Below, in pieces: positions 25,488 to 38,405 of a stretch of 64,000 bases of DNA; position 1 is the stretch's first letter, and each line of letters opens with the position of its first letter. The position numbers and the translations under genes were made by a program. The stretch comes from Octopus vulgaris (taxonomy: Eukaryota), in NCBI GenBank assembly GCA_951406725.2, contig OX597835.1:7812001-7876000 (forward strand), in the 5' to 3' direction. The notes under the pieces are model-generated. The model searched no databases, had not been told where the DNA came from, and was given only the letters and a program-made list of their open reading frames with translations.

Positions 25488-26097
25488 TTATGTATACATA
25501 TATATATATAGAGAGAGAGACATACTTATATGAGTGTATGTGTGTATGTGTGTGTGTGTGTGTTTATGTGTATGATGCATGCGATGTGTATGTGTGCGCG
25601 ATTTGCAATGAGATTATTAGCAGAGTAATGGACGTGATTTAGTGTTGATATTGTGGTTGATGTCGGTGGCGGTGGTGGCGGTGGTGTTGAACTTGCTGAC
25701 GTTGCATGACGAGGGTGGAGGTGGCGGTAGTGTTAGATTTGCTAAGATTAACAAATTTCAACGGATTGCTTGATTTGCTTTATTTGAAAATGGATCGTTT
25801 TCCACAAAAATATTTGGGAATCATTAATCACCCTACGTAAGATAATACCATATCTTATCTTCATCTTGCTATTCATCCAATTGACATCTTATTTCCCCAT
25901 CAGCAATTTTCAATGTATTTTTTTCAATTATCTATCTGTCTGTCTGTCTGTCTGTCCCTGTCCCTCTCAATCACTCTCTTGTGTGTGTGTGTGTGTGTGT
26001 GTGTATAGTGAGGGTGCATTTGACTATTAAGACATGATTTACCAACACATTAATCCAGACACCGAAAAAGTAGATAAGAAGTTGGACAGCAATATGT

Positions 26098-26212
26098 ATA
26101 TATATTTGGATATATATTTGATATATATTTGGATATATATTTGGATATATATTTGGATATATATTTGGATATATATTTAATAGATATATATTTAATAGAT
26201 ATATATTTGGAT
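26098..26212. repeat. 12-bp minisatellite (GATATATATTTG)n
   Basis: About 9 imperfect units. Confidence 0.85.
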
Positions 26213-26292
26213 GAGAAACATGAAAAATACAGAAATATGTGATGAGTGAGTGAATGAAAAGAAAGAAAAGAGTCACAACGGAAGAGAGTGGG

Positions 26293-26294
<2 letters not shown>

Positions 26295-26323
<29 letters not shown>

Positions 26324-26464
26324 AAGAAAGATAGAAAGAAAGAAAGATAGAAAGAAAGAAAGAAAGAAAGAGAAAGAGAGTGGGAGAAAGAAAGAAAGAA
26401 AGAAAGAAAGAGAAAGAGAGTGAGAGAAAGAAAGAAAGAAAGAAAGAAAGAGAAAGAGAGTGGG

Positions 26465-26495
<31 letters not shown>

Positions 26496-26499
26496 AAAA

Positions 26500-26543
<44 letters not shown>

Positions 26544-26565
26544 AGGAAAGAGAAAGAGAGAGAGA
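26295..26565. repeat. (GAAA)n tract
   Basis: Direct inspection. Confidence 0.95.
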
Positions 26566-26828
26566 GGTGTTAAACAAAGAGCATTAATAAAACTACAATA
26601 GAATAAGAGAAGAGAGATAAACATCGGAATCAGCTCCATTATAGAAATAGAAAACTGTCCTCTTAACTTGGCACCGATCTATACCAAAATCTGGCTCAAG
26701 TTCATGTAATTCGATCTTTTTTTCCGATAGCATACTTCAGGGCACGAAACCTATATATCGCTGGTGTTTACTATTTCATCAGTCAATCTAGTTATCTACT
26801 TAGCTATTGATTATACATACATACATAC

Positions 26829-26926
<98 letters not shown>

Positions 26927-26954
26927 TTATATATATATGTATATCTATATTTAC

Positions 26955-27016
<62 letters not shown>

Positions 27017-28890
27017 TTACATATATATGTATATGTATATCTATGTGAGCGTTTGTGTACCATGTTTGTTTTCATTATAAACTAATGAACAATGTCCATA
27101 CCATGATGTATAATTATAATTGTCTCAAAAGACTGAGAATGGTTAATGATTCTGCAAGACCGTTTCGATTCTACATCAAAGCAAATACACCCATGTTACT
27201 ATGGCCGGTAAGTATGGTACACCTTTTAGATATTTTTGTTCCTTTTATGCTAATAAGAGATCTGAAAATTACGCTAAGGGTACACGTGTCTGTGGAGCAC
27301 TCGGCCATCTCCATGCTACTTTCGAGACAATCCAGCTTCTTTGATCAAACAAGTGAACACTTATTGTCAAAGTCAAAACTGCTTACCTCCCTTTCGTTAG
27401 CTGTTGCTGATCTCTTGCTCAAGGTATGAATGTCTAACTGTAGGTTCGTTTAGACGAGTGGATTCCTGTGTCTGTATTTTACCGACAAAATATGAAAAGC
27501 ACATTGGACTCAAACAGAATCTGAATTCTCGAAACTAAACACCGCTTAGTTTAAGCATTCTAAACAACATAGTATTGTAATTTGGTTCCATGTTGGTTCT
27601 GTTCGAGCAAGCCTATTATCAGATGCATTTCGGTGGTGACCTTCTTCACTATTTAAGTGTATATGTATCCATTCCTCTTTTAAGGCGGTAGTTGGTTATT
27701 TGAGGGCAGATATTCGACAATCCACAGAGTTTGTTATCTACAGTTATAATAAGCTTTCAAGAGAGCTGAACAGCAGAAGGTCTTCAGAGAACAAACTCCA
27801 CTCAGGCAAGTATTTCAGCCCTTAACGTCTTTCATTGTAATGTGGCCGCATCCAGGTCATGAGTTCCATGTGTGTTTCTATTGATAGGTTTTAGCCACAT
27901 AGATATCAAGGTTTTGTGCATTTAAACTGCTTGGAGATTTCCTCCTCTCCCTTGATTCAACTTTCAAGCTTATACTTAAAGAAGAAATAATATTGTTGTC
28001 TACTATTATATAGATAATTGTAAATATTTATCGACTTATATAGTTTAAGGTCCGTATTGTCACTGAATCCTTACATCAGAAGTAAGTTCTTGCATGCGAA
28101 CAAACTCAGCCTGGTCAGTTTCAGTAACAAAAGCTTTTAGATGGATTAATCTTATGGGACTTAATTAAATTAAGCTGATATTTGATATCCAATGATTGGT
28201 TTAAATGGTAAAATAGTAAACAAAGAAATCGTGAAGGACGTAAATATAAGCTTAAACATCGTAGAAAACACTATGACATTTGTAAACATTGCAAAAAATC
28301 CCGAAGAACACAGAAAAGGATGCGAAGAAAGAGTGAATTAGAGAGTGAGAGAGGGAATGAAATGATTACAGAGCCATTAGGCAGTGAAGAAAAACGATGA
28401 AATTTATAGGCATAAAATGATTATTTAGTTTGCTTCTCATTGAACCGCTACAATTATAATTTATAGACATGCAATGCTAGTTGTCTGTAACATCGTTAAC
28501 CTACGCCCCAATCACATATCTGTGACTTGATTACACGAATTACATACTAATGACACACCAGATTACCAGGTATCAGTTCAAAGCAGCAAGATTTGACCAT
28601 TTAGAATAAAAGACACAAAAGGGCAAAGTCGGAGAGTTAATGTCTTATCAGAAATACTGACTTCGTTAGAATCCGTATTTTGTTTGAGTCCGAAGGGACA
28701 TCAGGGACTGCATGATGGTCGTGACCACAAACAGTTATATAAAGAACCAACTAGACAGAAGAATAGATATACAGCTGCAGAAAGACAGACATAACAAGAG
28801 ATATGAGGGGGATGCGTCTTCAAGAATATATTTAAGACACACAAACGTATTGAGGTTTTAAATCTGTTACAAAGTTTATCGCTGGCCAGT

Positions 28891-28950
<60 letters not shown>

Positions 28951-29051
28951 CATCCTATGATTGCGTGTATCTCAACCACTCTTTTCCTCTCTCTTCTCCC
29001 TCTCTCTCTTATTTCTCTTCTCCCTCTCTCTCTTCTCAGGCAGATTCCAAG

Positions 29052-29173
29052 CATTGACAAAACAAGAAAATAATGTCTCTAAATTCTATTAAATTTTGAA
29101 AATGAAATGTATTTTAATATACACCTTCTTCACAATTATTTAAAGTGTGTATACATTTTTGGGGACAACCTAT
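29052..29173 (+). mobile_element. 3' end and TIR of the DD41D Tc1/mariner family
   Basis: TTGACAAAACAA...TTGGGGACAACCT matches 36487-36605. Confidence 0.75.
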
Positions 29174-29580
29174 ATATATAAATACATATATATATATATA
29201 CATACATACATACATACATACATACATACATACATCAGCTTACTCAGGCAGATTCCAAGACAAATCTCTATCTAAATTCTAAAGCAACAACAAACAAGAG
29301 AGATAAATCTAACAGATCGATCATCAAACTTTTGGTGCCTTTTAACACAGTATTTTAGTATTGTACAGATGTTTCGATTATATTAATTGCAGTTGTTTTA
29401 AGGGGGGTTATTTTCACCCAGACAATCTCTGTTGATCAAAGTTTTCCGAATCATCATTACATCTGTGCAACTGTAAATTTTTTTTAATATTTATCTTTCG
29501 TTAGCAGAACGCCTCTCTGACGCATTATATTTCAGCCAATTTCACATATAATTTCTTTCAAATAATAAATATATCGAATA

Positions 29581-29976
29581 CTAGCAGTATCGCCCGGCGT
29601 TGCTCGGGTTTGTAAGGGAAATAACTATATAAGCATTTTTAGAGATGTGAAGTATAATAGCCATCTCAATATGGCTAACAACAAAGGAGGTGTGTTACTG
29701 TAGCTTTTTACGTTCTGAGATTTAATAATACATTTTTAGAGAGTTACTTCCCTTATATATGCCAAAAATGCATTAAAAATGGGAAAAAATTGATGGTAAT
29801 TTTTTTTTTAAATCGTAGACTCTTCGTAGACACGTGCTAATACCCAGAAGGGCTCGATATGATCACGACTATAAGATACCCGGTTTTGGTTAAACTGCAC
29901 CGCAAAATGTGGGAGTAGTTAGGAATCTAAATCGTAGGAGACAGACAGCACACAACCTCACTTTTATATATAAAGA
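29581..29976 (-). mobile_element. Non-autonomous Helitron, subtype B
   Basis: Highly similar to 4006-4400, with intact TC and CTAG termini at an AT target. Confidence 0.88.
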
Positions 29977-30895
29977 TATATCAAACAATCAGGAGCCATT
30001 TCATGATTCCGTTTATACATCCTGTATTTAGACAGACTCTGTATGTACAGAGATGTTCGCATATTTTGGGTTATCTCAAATGAGGTTTACATGCCGTTAA
30101 TGCGAGCACGCCTATCAAATGATAATTAGATACCGAATAAATCTGTTTTCAGCAGCGGTAATATATCTGTGTCAGTGCGTGTGTGTTAAAGTGTGTGTGT
30201 GTCTGTGTGTGCGCGTATGAGTGTGCGCAGGCGTGCATGTAAGTATGTATTATACACCCTCACATACACACACACTCACACACACACGTTATCGCAAATA
30301 TATATCTAAACTACAATGGAAAGATGAAACAAAAATCGAGCTCGAATTTATTTTAATTTGTAGAATCCGTTTAGCTTTTTTTTATTTACTATTTGATGCG
30401 TGTGCGCGCGCGTCTGTCTATTTCTATGTGTGTGTGTGTGCGTGTGTGTGTGTATGGTGTGTATGTGTGTGTGTGTGTGTGTGCGTGTGTGTATGTGTGT
30501 GTATGCGTGTGTGTGTGTATGTGTGTGTATGTGTGTGTGTATGTGCGCGTGTCTATGTGTGCGTATGTGTGTGTGTATATGTGTGTGCGTGTGTGTATGG
30601 TGTGTATGTGTGCCTGTGTGTATGTGTGTGTATGTGTGTGTGCGTGCGTTTGTGTATGTGTGTGTGCGTGTGTGTGTATGTGTGTGTGTTCGTAAGTGTA
30701 TGTGTGTGTATGTGTGTGTATGTGTGTGCATGTGTGTGTGTATGTGTGTGTATGTGCGTGTGTGTGCGTGTGTGTATGTGTGTGTGTGTATTTTGTTTTT
30801 TTTGTTTCTTTGTTGCTTTTCTATACATTTGATTTTTTTTTCCTGTTCTTTTTCCACGAGTATAGTTTTTGTTTTACTTCTCGCTGGTGATTATG

Positions 30896-30929
30896 GTAAC
30901 CATGGCAACACACCTGAATTATCACGTGA
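30896..30929. promoter_or_regulatory. Candidate RFX X-box with adjacent E-boxes
   Basis: GTAACCATGGCAAC (30896-30909) followed by CACCTG and TCACGTGA; motif match only. Confidence 0.4.
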
Positions 30930-31034
30930 GTACAATTTGCTGCAGCGACGACGACTGCGCTGCATCAGACCGTTTCTTTAAAACAATTGTTTCCATCGTT
31001 GTTGAAGTTGCTGGTGCTGTTGTTGTTATCAATA

Positions 31035-31037
31035 ATA

Positions 31038-31078
<41 letters not shown>

Positions 31079-31098
31079 TGATGATGATGATGATGATA

Positions 31099-31154
<56 letters not shown>

Positions 31155-31167
31155 AATAATAATAATA

Positions 31168-31261
<94 letters not shown>

Positions 31262-31361
31262 TGATGATGATGATGATGATGATGATAATAATAATAATAA
31301 TAATAATGATAATATTATTATTATTATTATTATTATTATCATTATTATTATTATTATTATT
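31035..31361. repeat. Compound (AAT)/(GAT)/(ATT) tract
   Basis: Direct inspection. Confidence 0.95.
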
Positions 31362-31469
31362 GCTGGGCACTTCTATATCTGGATACGGTTCACTAATTGA
31401 CTTACTGTTTTCCTTTGTTCTTTCTCTCTTCGTCACCCTCTCTCTGTATCCTTTGACTTTGCTAACACA

Positions 31470-31506
<37 letters not shown>

Positions 31507-31664
31507 TTTTTATTCCTTCCCAATGCATTTTCTCTTTACATCTGCCTTTTCTGTCTCTCACTTTCCTTCACTCTCTCTCTCATTCTTTCTTTCTCTCTCA
31601 TTCTTTCTTTCTCTCTCTCTCTCTCTCTCTCTCAAGTTCTCCCCTTCTTTCTTTACTCATAGAA

Positions 31665-31850
31665 AGTCGGATTGGTAGAATCGTTAGAGCATCGCAGAAA
31701 CCTCATTTCTTTTGAATTTTTACGTTCTAAGTTCAAATCAGCCCGAAATTATCTTCGTGTTTCGTACTTCGGGGGTTGATAAAATAAAGTATAAATCAAG
31801 TACTATGGACGATGTGATCGATTCACCTATCCTTCAAAACCCCTAGCTTT
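31665..31850 (+). mobile_element. Degenerate SINE family 2
   Basis: TGGTAGAATCGTTAGAGC...TACGTTCTAAGTTCAAATC...GGGGTTGATAAAATAAAGTA. Confidence 0.6.
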
Positions 31851-31948
31851 CTCTCTTTCACTGTCTCTGACTCTCTCTCTCTTTCTCTCTTTCTCTGTCA
31901 CACACAAATACACATACACACACGCACATATACACACACAATATATAT

Positions 31949-32038
<90 letters not shown>

Positions 32039-32110
32039 TATATGTGTGTCAGTATGTTTGTGCATGTGTGTGCGTATGTGTGTGTATGTGCATGTGTGTG
32101 CATGTGTGTG

Positions 32111-32145
<35 letters not shown>

Positions 32146-32223
32146 TAGGGCACTATCCCCGACTTGAAGCCAGTCAAATCGTCTCCAGTTTTCATTTTGA
32201 GGCTGACTCTTATTCTATCGATC

Positions 32224-33556
32224 ATTTTCCGCGAAGCGCTGGGTACTGAAACGGAAATAAACCAGCGTGGCTGTTAAGTGAAGAGGAACAATGACAAACG
32301 GATGCAAGCAATATCATGTATCTTACATACATACATATAGAGGATATATCAAAATTTATAAATATATATAAATATGTACATATATATATATATATATATA
32401 TATGCGACAAGATCTCAGAATTTTAATTGATTTGCTTTTCGCAGGAAGGAATTTTTCATTCGAAGTATACGTCTCGCTTTTATCCTTCGAAACGTTTAGT
32501 AGATGAAACTTTAGCGACTGAAGAAGGGGATTTTTCGTTGTGCTTATTGTCCTGTATCTCCTTTTTTTGCTTGTCTTGTTCCTTGGTTTGTGTCTATGTT
32601 TTTCGTCTCTCTATGTGTTCGACGTCCTTTTGGTGTCCTGTGCACATATATGCGTGTATATGTACATGTAGAGGTAGGTACGTACATATATGTTTATATA
32701 TATGCATATATTTTATTAACATATTATACGACTAAACGCACGCACCCTATTAAGTAAGATTGTTCTGTTTATCAAGTTCGCCTTGATATTAACTCTCACG
32801 CGACTCTGCATCTTTCTTTCTTTCTCTCCCATTCCCTTTTTCGTCTTTTTTCCCTCACTTAACTTGTCTCTTCCTCTCTCTCTCCCCCTCACTGTTCTTC
32901 ATGGTCTCCTCGCACCATTCCCCTTCTTCTCTCTCTTCCTCTTGCTCCTCCTCCCCCATTCCCGTCGTCCATCTGCGACGTACTTCCGTCGTAACTGCTA
33001 TCCCGTCCTTTCTCACCTGCCTTCTAAGGCCACTGGTCGACATCTTCCTCTCTCGTCGTCCACTATAATCCAGCGTTTGCAATACTTTTTTCGTCTGGCG
33101 TTAACAGCCCTTCTTATCTTGTTCTCCTTGTCCTGTCTCTCACTGTTATATATTTATTTTTCCACTGTTTATATATATATTTTTTACTGTTTATATGTTT
33201 GTACTGTCGTTACCGTCTTGCTTTTTTTACCCCTCTGCGACAAGATCTCAGAATTTTAATTGATTTGCTTTTCGCAGGAAGGAATTTTTCATTCGAAGTA
33301 TACGTCTCGCTTTTATCCTTCGAAACGTTTAGTAGATGAAACTTTAGCGACTGAAGAAGGGGATTTTTCGTTGTGCTTATTGTCCTGTATCTCCTTTTTT
33401 TGCTTGTCTTGTTCCTTGGTTTGTGTCTATGTTTTTCGTCTCTCTATGTGTTCGACGTCCTTTTGGTGTCCTGTGCACATATATGCGTGTATATGTACAT
33501 GTAGAGGTAGGTACGTACATATATGTTTATATATATGCATATATTTTATTAACATA

Positions 33557-33614
<58 letters not shown>

Positions 33615-33765
33615 TATTTATATATATTTATAAATTTTGATATATCCTCTATATGTATGTATGTAAGATACATGATATTGCTTGCATCCGTTTGTCATTG
33701 TTCCTCTTCACTTAACAGCCACGCTGGTTTATTTCCGTTTCAGTACCCAGCGCTTCGCGGAAAAT
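32224..33765. mobile_element. Young non-coding Penelope-like/retrozyme-like element with direct and inverted repeats
   Basis: 322-bp direct repeats (32403-32724, 33236-33557) that appear identical, enclosed by ~170-bp inverted arms (32224-32390, ~33600-33765). Each direct repeat has CGAAAC and CTGAAGA motifs. The right end abuts (TA)n. The repeat structure is seen directly; the PLE assignment is inference. Confidence 0.6.
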
Positions 33766-33782
33766 ATATATATATATATATG

Positions 33783-33902
<120 letters not shown>

Positions 33903-33929
33903 TTATACATACATACATACGTACATATA

Positions 33930-34090
33930 TGAGGAGCTGCTTCTGCACAGTTTCCGTCTAGCAAATTCACTCACAAAGTATCCGTTGGCCCGAGTTCCAG
34001 TAGACTACACTTGTCCAAAACTGCCGTGCGCTGGCATTGGACTAAAAACCAAATGATTGGCAAAAGAACTTCCAAACCACACGACCATAG
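33930..34090 (-). mobile_element. Degenerate SINE family 1 fragment
   Basis: CAGTTTCCGTCTA.CAAATTCACTCACAA...ACACTTG.CCAA. Confidence 0.65.
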
Positions 34091-34309
34091 TTTTACACCT
34101 TTCTCTTCGCAGTTTCCTTCGACCAACGCAATTATTCTTCCTTTTCTCCCATAATTAACTCCCTAATGTTTTTTTTCTTTTCCACCTCCGCCGCTCTTTC
34201 TCTCCCTTCTCCCCTTTCTCTCTCTCTCTCTCTCTCTCTTTCAGCATATTTTCAAACACATTTCCCCCAATATCTCAATCCTAGCTTTTCATTAAAATCT
34301 TGTAACAAT

Positions 34310-34348
<39 letters not shown>

Positions 34349-34434
34349 GAGGGGGAGAGAGGGAGAGATAGAGATAGAGAGAGAGAGCTAGGATTGAGAT
34401 ATCGGGGGAGATGTGTTTGAAAACGTGCTGAAAA

Positions 34435-34477
<43 letters not shown>

Positions 34478-34686
34478 TAGAGTGGAATAGAAAGAGTAAG
34501 AATGTGAGAAAGAGAGGGCGAGAGTAACGGAAAAGGAGAACGTAGGAGATAACGTGATAAGGGGAGAGTTGGAAGAGAAAGAAGAAAAGAAGCAAACTGT
34601 AAGACGTTGAGTGGCGAGGGCGGTGGGGAGGGAGGGAGTTAAAAAACTACGGTGTGAAGTATCAATGAAATTCACCAATAACAACT

Positions 34687-34717
<31 letters not shown>

Positions 34718-34734
34718 TAGTAGTAGTGGTAGTG

Positions 34735-34829
<95 letters not shown>

Positions 34830-34833
34830 AGTG

Positions 34834-34920
<87 letters not shown>

Positions 34921-34921
34921 A
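34687..34921. repeat. (AGT)n tract
   Basis: Direct inspection. Confidence 0.95.
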
Positions 34922-35187
34922 TTCTGGTAGTGAACCAACGTTAAGAACAAAGTTGATTTAGAGATAAACTAAAACGAGATGACTTGCCAACTTTAATTAA
35001 CCAAGTATTTATTTAATTAATGAGATAGCAATCAGAAAATAGCCTTCACATAACTTTATATATAGTGGTGGGTGAAGGAAAGGATAGAAAATGCTGTCCT
35101 CGACTTTCTTTGTGGGTTGGCAGGGGTGGCTGGTCGGTTGGCTGGAATTATGTTGTTTTCTATAACAGCTTCAAAGTCCTGCATGCA

Positions 35188-35772
35188 TAATCCTTTTCTA
35201 CTCTAGGCGCAAGGCCCGAAATTTTTGGGAAGAGGGGCCAGTCGATTAGACCGATCTCAGTATGCAACTGGTACTTAATTTATCAACTCCGATAAGATGA
35301 AAAGCGAAGTCGACCTCGGCGGAATTTGAACTCAGAAAGTAAAGACAGACGAAATACCTATTTCTTTACTACCTACAAGGGGCTAAACACAGAGAGGACA
35401 AACAAGGACAGACAAACGGATTAAGTCGATTATATTGACCCCAGTGCGTAACTGGTACTTATTTAATCGACCCCGAATGGATAAAAGGCAAAGTCGACCT
35501 CGGCGGAATTTGAACTCAGAACGTCACGGCAGACGAAATACCTATTTCTTTACTACCCACAAGGGGATAAACACAGAGAAGACAAACAAGGACAGACAAA
35601 CGGCTTAAGTCGATTATATCGACCCCAGTGCGTAACTGGTACTTATTTAAACGACCCCGAAAGGATGAAAGGCAAAGTCGACCTCGGCGGAATTTGAACT
35701 CAGAACGTACCGGCAGACGAAATACCGCTAAGCATTTCGCCCGGCGTGCTAACGTTTCTGCCAGCTCACCAC
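35188..35772 (-). mobile_element. SINE family 2 trimer
   Basis: One head at ~35770 and three body units; the last unit ends in a different tail (minus strand ...GGGCCTTGCGCCTAGAGTAGAAAAGGATTAT). Confidence 0.88.
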
Positions 35773-36129
35773 CTTGTCCTGCTCGCATAATGAATGAAAC
35801 CTGATTCTGGGAAGTCTGATGTTTATACGTTTTCAAAGGTCATTTATAGTAGAACTAAGAGGGATTTGTTTCAATCGGGAACTGAAACCAGGTCCTAGAA
35901 CTCGTTTGCAGATATTGTATGCCATATTGGATGTTATCGCTACTACATTTTTTATAGGCTTAACTTGCGAGTATGAACAAAGACCCTCCGATTCTGTTGT
36001 TTTGTTGAAACAGTTGAGAAATATAGAAGTTTTTGTGATGGTTCTGAGGTACTGGATTTGGGGAAAAGCGAGCAGTCGATTAAAGCAACTGCTCTGCTTG
36101 ACTATTTTTCTTTATTTTATCGATCATTA

Positions 36130-36605
36130 GAGAAGACTTTGAAAATGAAGATTTTTTATTTTCAACAAGACGGGGCACCTCCACAATACCATCGCGATGT
36201 TAGATCCCTCCTTGATGAGATCTTGCCAAACAGGTGGATTGGACGAAGAGGTTTTGTCGGATACCCTCCGCGTTCACCAGACCTCACACCTCTAGACTTT
36301 CCTATGGGGATACCTAAAACACAGAGCCTACGCTATGAAACCTGCAACAGTCACTGATTTGAGAGCAGCCATTGAACGAGAATACAGACAAATACCAAAC
36401 GAATTATTTTGTGATGTTTGCAATTCTATTGCTTCGCGTTGTCAGCAGTGCCTGGACCGGAACGGACGTCAGTTTGAAATCAGGCGTTGACAAAACAATA
36501 GACTAATGTCTGTAGAATCTATTAAATTTTGACAATGAAATGTACCTTAATAAACACCTACTTTACAATTATTTAAAATGTGTATATATTCTTGGGGACA
36601 ACCTG
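36130..36605 (+). mobile_element. Tc1/mariner DD41D (rosa/Visitor-like) transposon 3' fragment
   Basis: FQQDGAPP...NRWIGRRG...PPRSPDLTPLDF with 41 residues between the catalytic Asp residues; frameshifted afterwards; ends GGGGACAACCTG|TA. Confidence 0.85.
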
Positions 36606-36744
36606 TATATATAAATACATACATATACATATACATACATACATAAATACATACATACGTACATACATGCATAAATACATAAATACATACATACACACAT
36701 GTATGTGTGTGCGTGTTTGTGTGTATGTGTCTGAGTGTGTGTGT

Positions 36745-37072
36745 GAAGGTGCATGGCTTAATGGTTAGGGTGTTGTACTCACAATTGCGAGATCTTGTGT
36801 TCGATTCCCAGATCGGGTGTTGCGTTGGGTTCTCGAGCAAAGCACTTCATTTCGCGTTGCTCTACGATCATTTCGCGTTGCTCTACGATCATTTCGTCAC
36901 CTGAAATGTGGCACACTGTGCACCTGTACAGGTAATGTCGATCTGATGGAGAGAATTAGCTTTTATGTACACAAGTACACAAACATTTGATCACTATAAA
37001 CAAATCATCTCTATGGTTGTTCGGTAAGAAATTGCCGATCCCTCATGCGTCGTCTAACGCCAGGAGTGTCCA

Positions 37073-37075
<3 letters not shown>
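36745..37075 (+). mobile_element. Older tRNA-derived SINE related to family 3
   Basis: GGTGCATGGCTTAATGGTTAGGG...GTTCGATTCCCAG head, GAGCAAAGCACTTCATTTC body, internal 21-bp duplication. Confidence 0.7.
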
Positions 37076-37111
<36 letters not shown>

Positions 37112-37114
37112 CAT

Positions 37115-37146
<32 letters not shown>

Positions 37147-37959
37147 GTATTATAGACTCTCCTGGCGTTAGACGACGCATATGTGAGTGTGTGTGTGAAT
37201 GAGTGAGTGTGTAGGTGTGTGTGTGTTTAGATTGTTTGGAATGGCGTACAAATTTCACGTATTAAGAAAGAGTGTAGTCAGAATTTAGATGAAAAATATT
37301 CATTCAGCATTTTCATCTCTTTTGAGATTCATCATGAATGATATATTTATAGGAAAAAATATACCTTTCATATATATATATAAGAAATATTTGAAAAAAT
37401 CTGCTGTTGAACTGGGAAGAGACTCTTTTGGGACTAGTTGTGTAGTTCTTCATTATTTTGAATCTATATGTGTGCGAATATAGGTATTTATATGTGTGTG
37501 GGTGGGGTGAGTTTTGAGAGGCTTAGTTAGAAATGGAGAAAAGAAAAGGAAGAAAGAAAGAGGTGTTTTCTGAGACGGTTGAGATTGATGCCAGATCAAA
37601 AAGACAAATTCCTTGTGTGACTGACAATATTTTTGATCATTTGACATGTTACCCAATTGTAGAAAATAGAATCTATGAAATTGTTTTGGATACTGCTGAA
37701 TTCTTCCAGGGAGTGTTATTTAGTAAATGAATAAATTTTTGTAGGTTTATAATATTTATCGACACCAAAGTAGTGTAATAAAAGTCGAAGAGAAGAACAC
37801 TTGCAAACGATTTGACCTCAGAGCACAGAGCCGGAACGCATAGCGCAAACCATTCTGACCGACGCTCAAAAGACTCAGTGTCGCTGACCAGAGAGTGTAT
37901 GTGTGTGTGTGTATCTTCCTATGATTGCGTGTATCTCAACCACTCTTTTCATCTCTCTT

Positions 37960-38405
37960 CACTATCTCTCTCTTCTCCCTCTCTCTCTCCTCTCCCTTCT
38001 CTCTCCTCTCTCTCTTTTCCCTATCTCTTCTCTCCTTTCTCTCTCCTATCTCTCCTCCCTCTCTCTTCTCTCCCTTCTCTCTCCTCTCTTTCTTCTCTCT
38101 CTCTCTTCTCTCTTTTCTCTCTCCTCACTCTCCTCCCTCTCTCTTCTCTCTCTTCTCTCTCCTCTCGCTCCTCTCTCTCTTCTCCCTCTCTCTTCTCTCT
38201 CCTCTCTCTCCTCTCTCTCCTCCCTCCTCTCTCTCTCTCTCTTCTCTCTCCTCTCGCTCCTCTCTCTCTATTCTCCCTCTCTCTTCTCTCTTTTCTCTCT
38301 CCTCTCTCTCCTCTCTCTCCTCTCTCTCCTCCCTCTCTCTTCTCTATCTTCTCTCTCTTCTCTCTCCTCTCGCTCCTCTCTCTCTTCTCTCTCACTTTCT
38401 CTCTA
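37960..38405. repeat. Polypyrimidine (CT-rich) low-complexity tract
   Basis: Direct inspection. Confidence 0.93.

Noticed and set aside
32427-33640. Duplicated 102/126-aa ORFs as a gene pair
   Set aside because: They arise from the direct repeat, start at TTG, and show no domain features.
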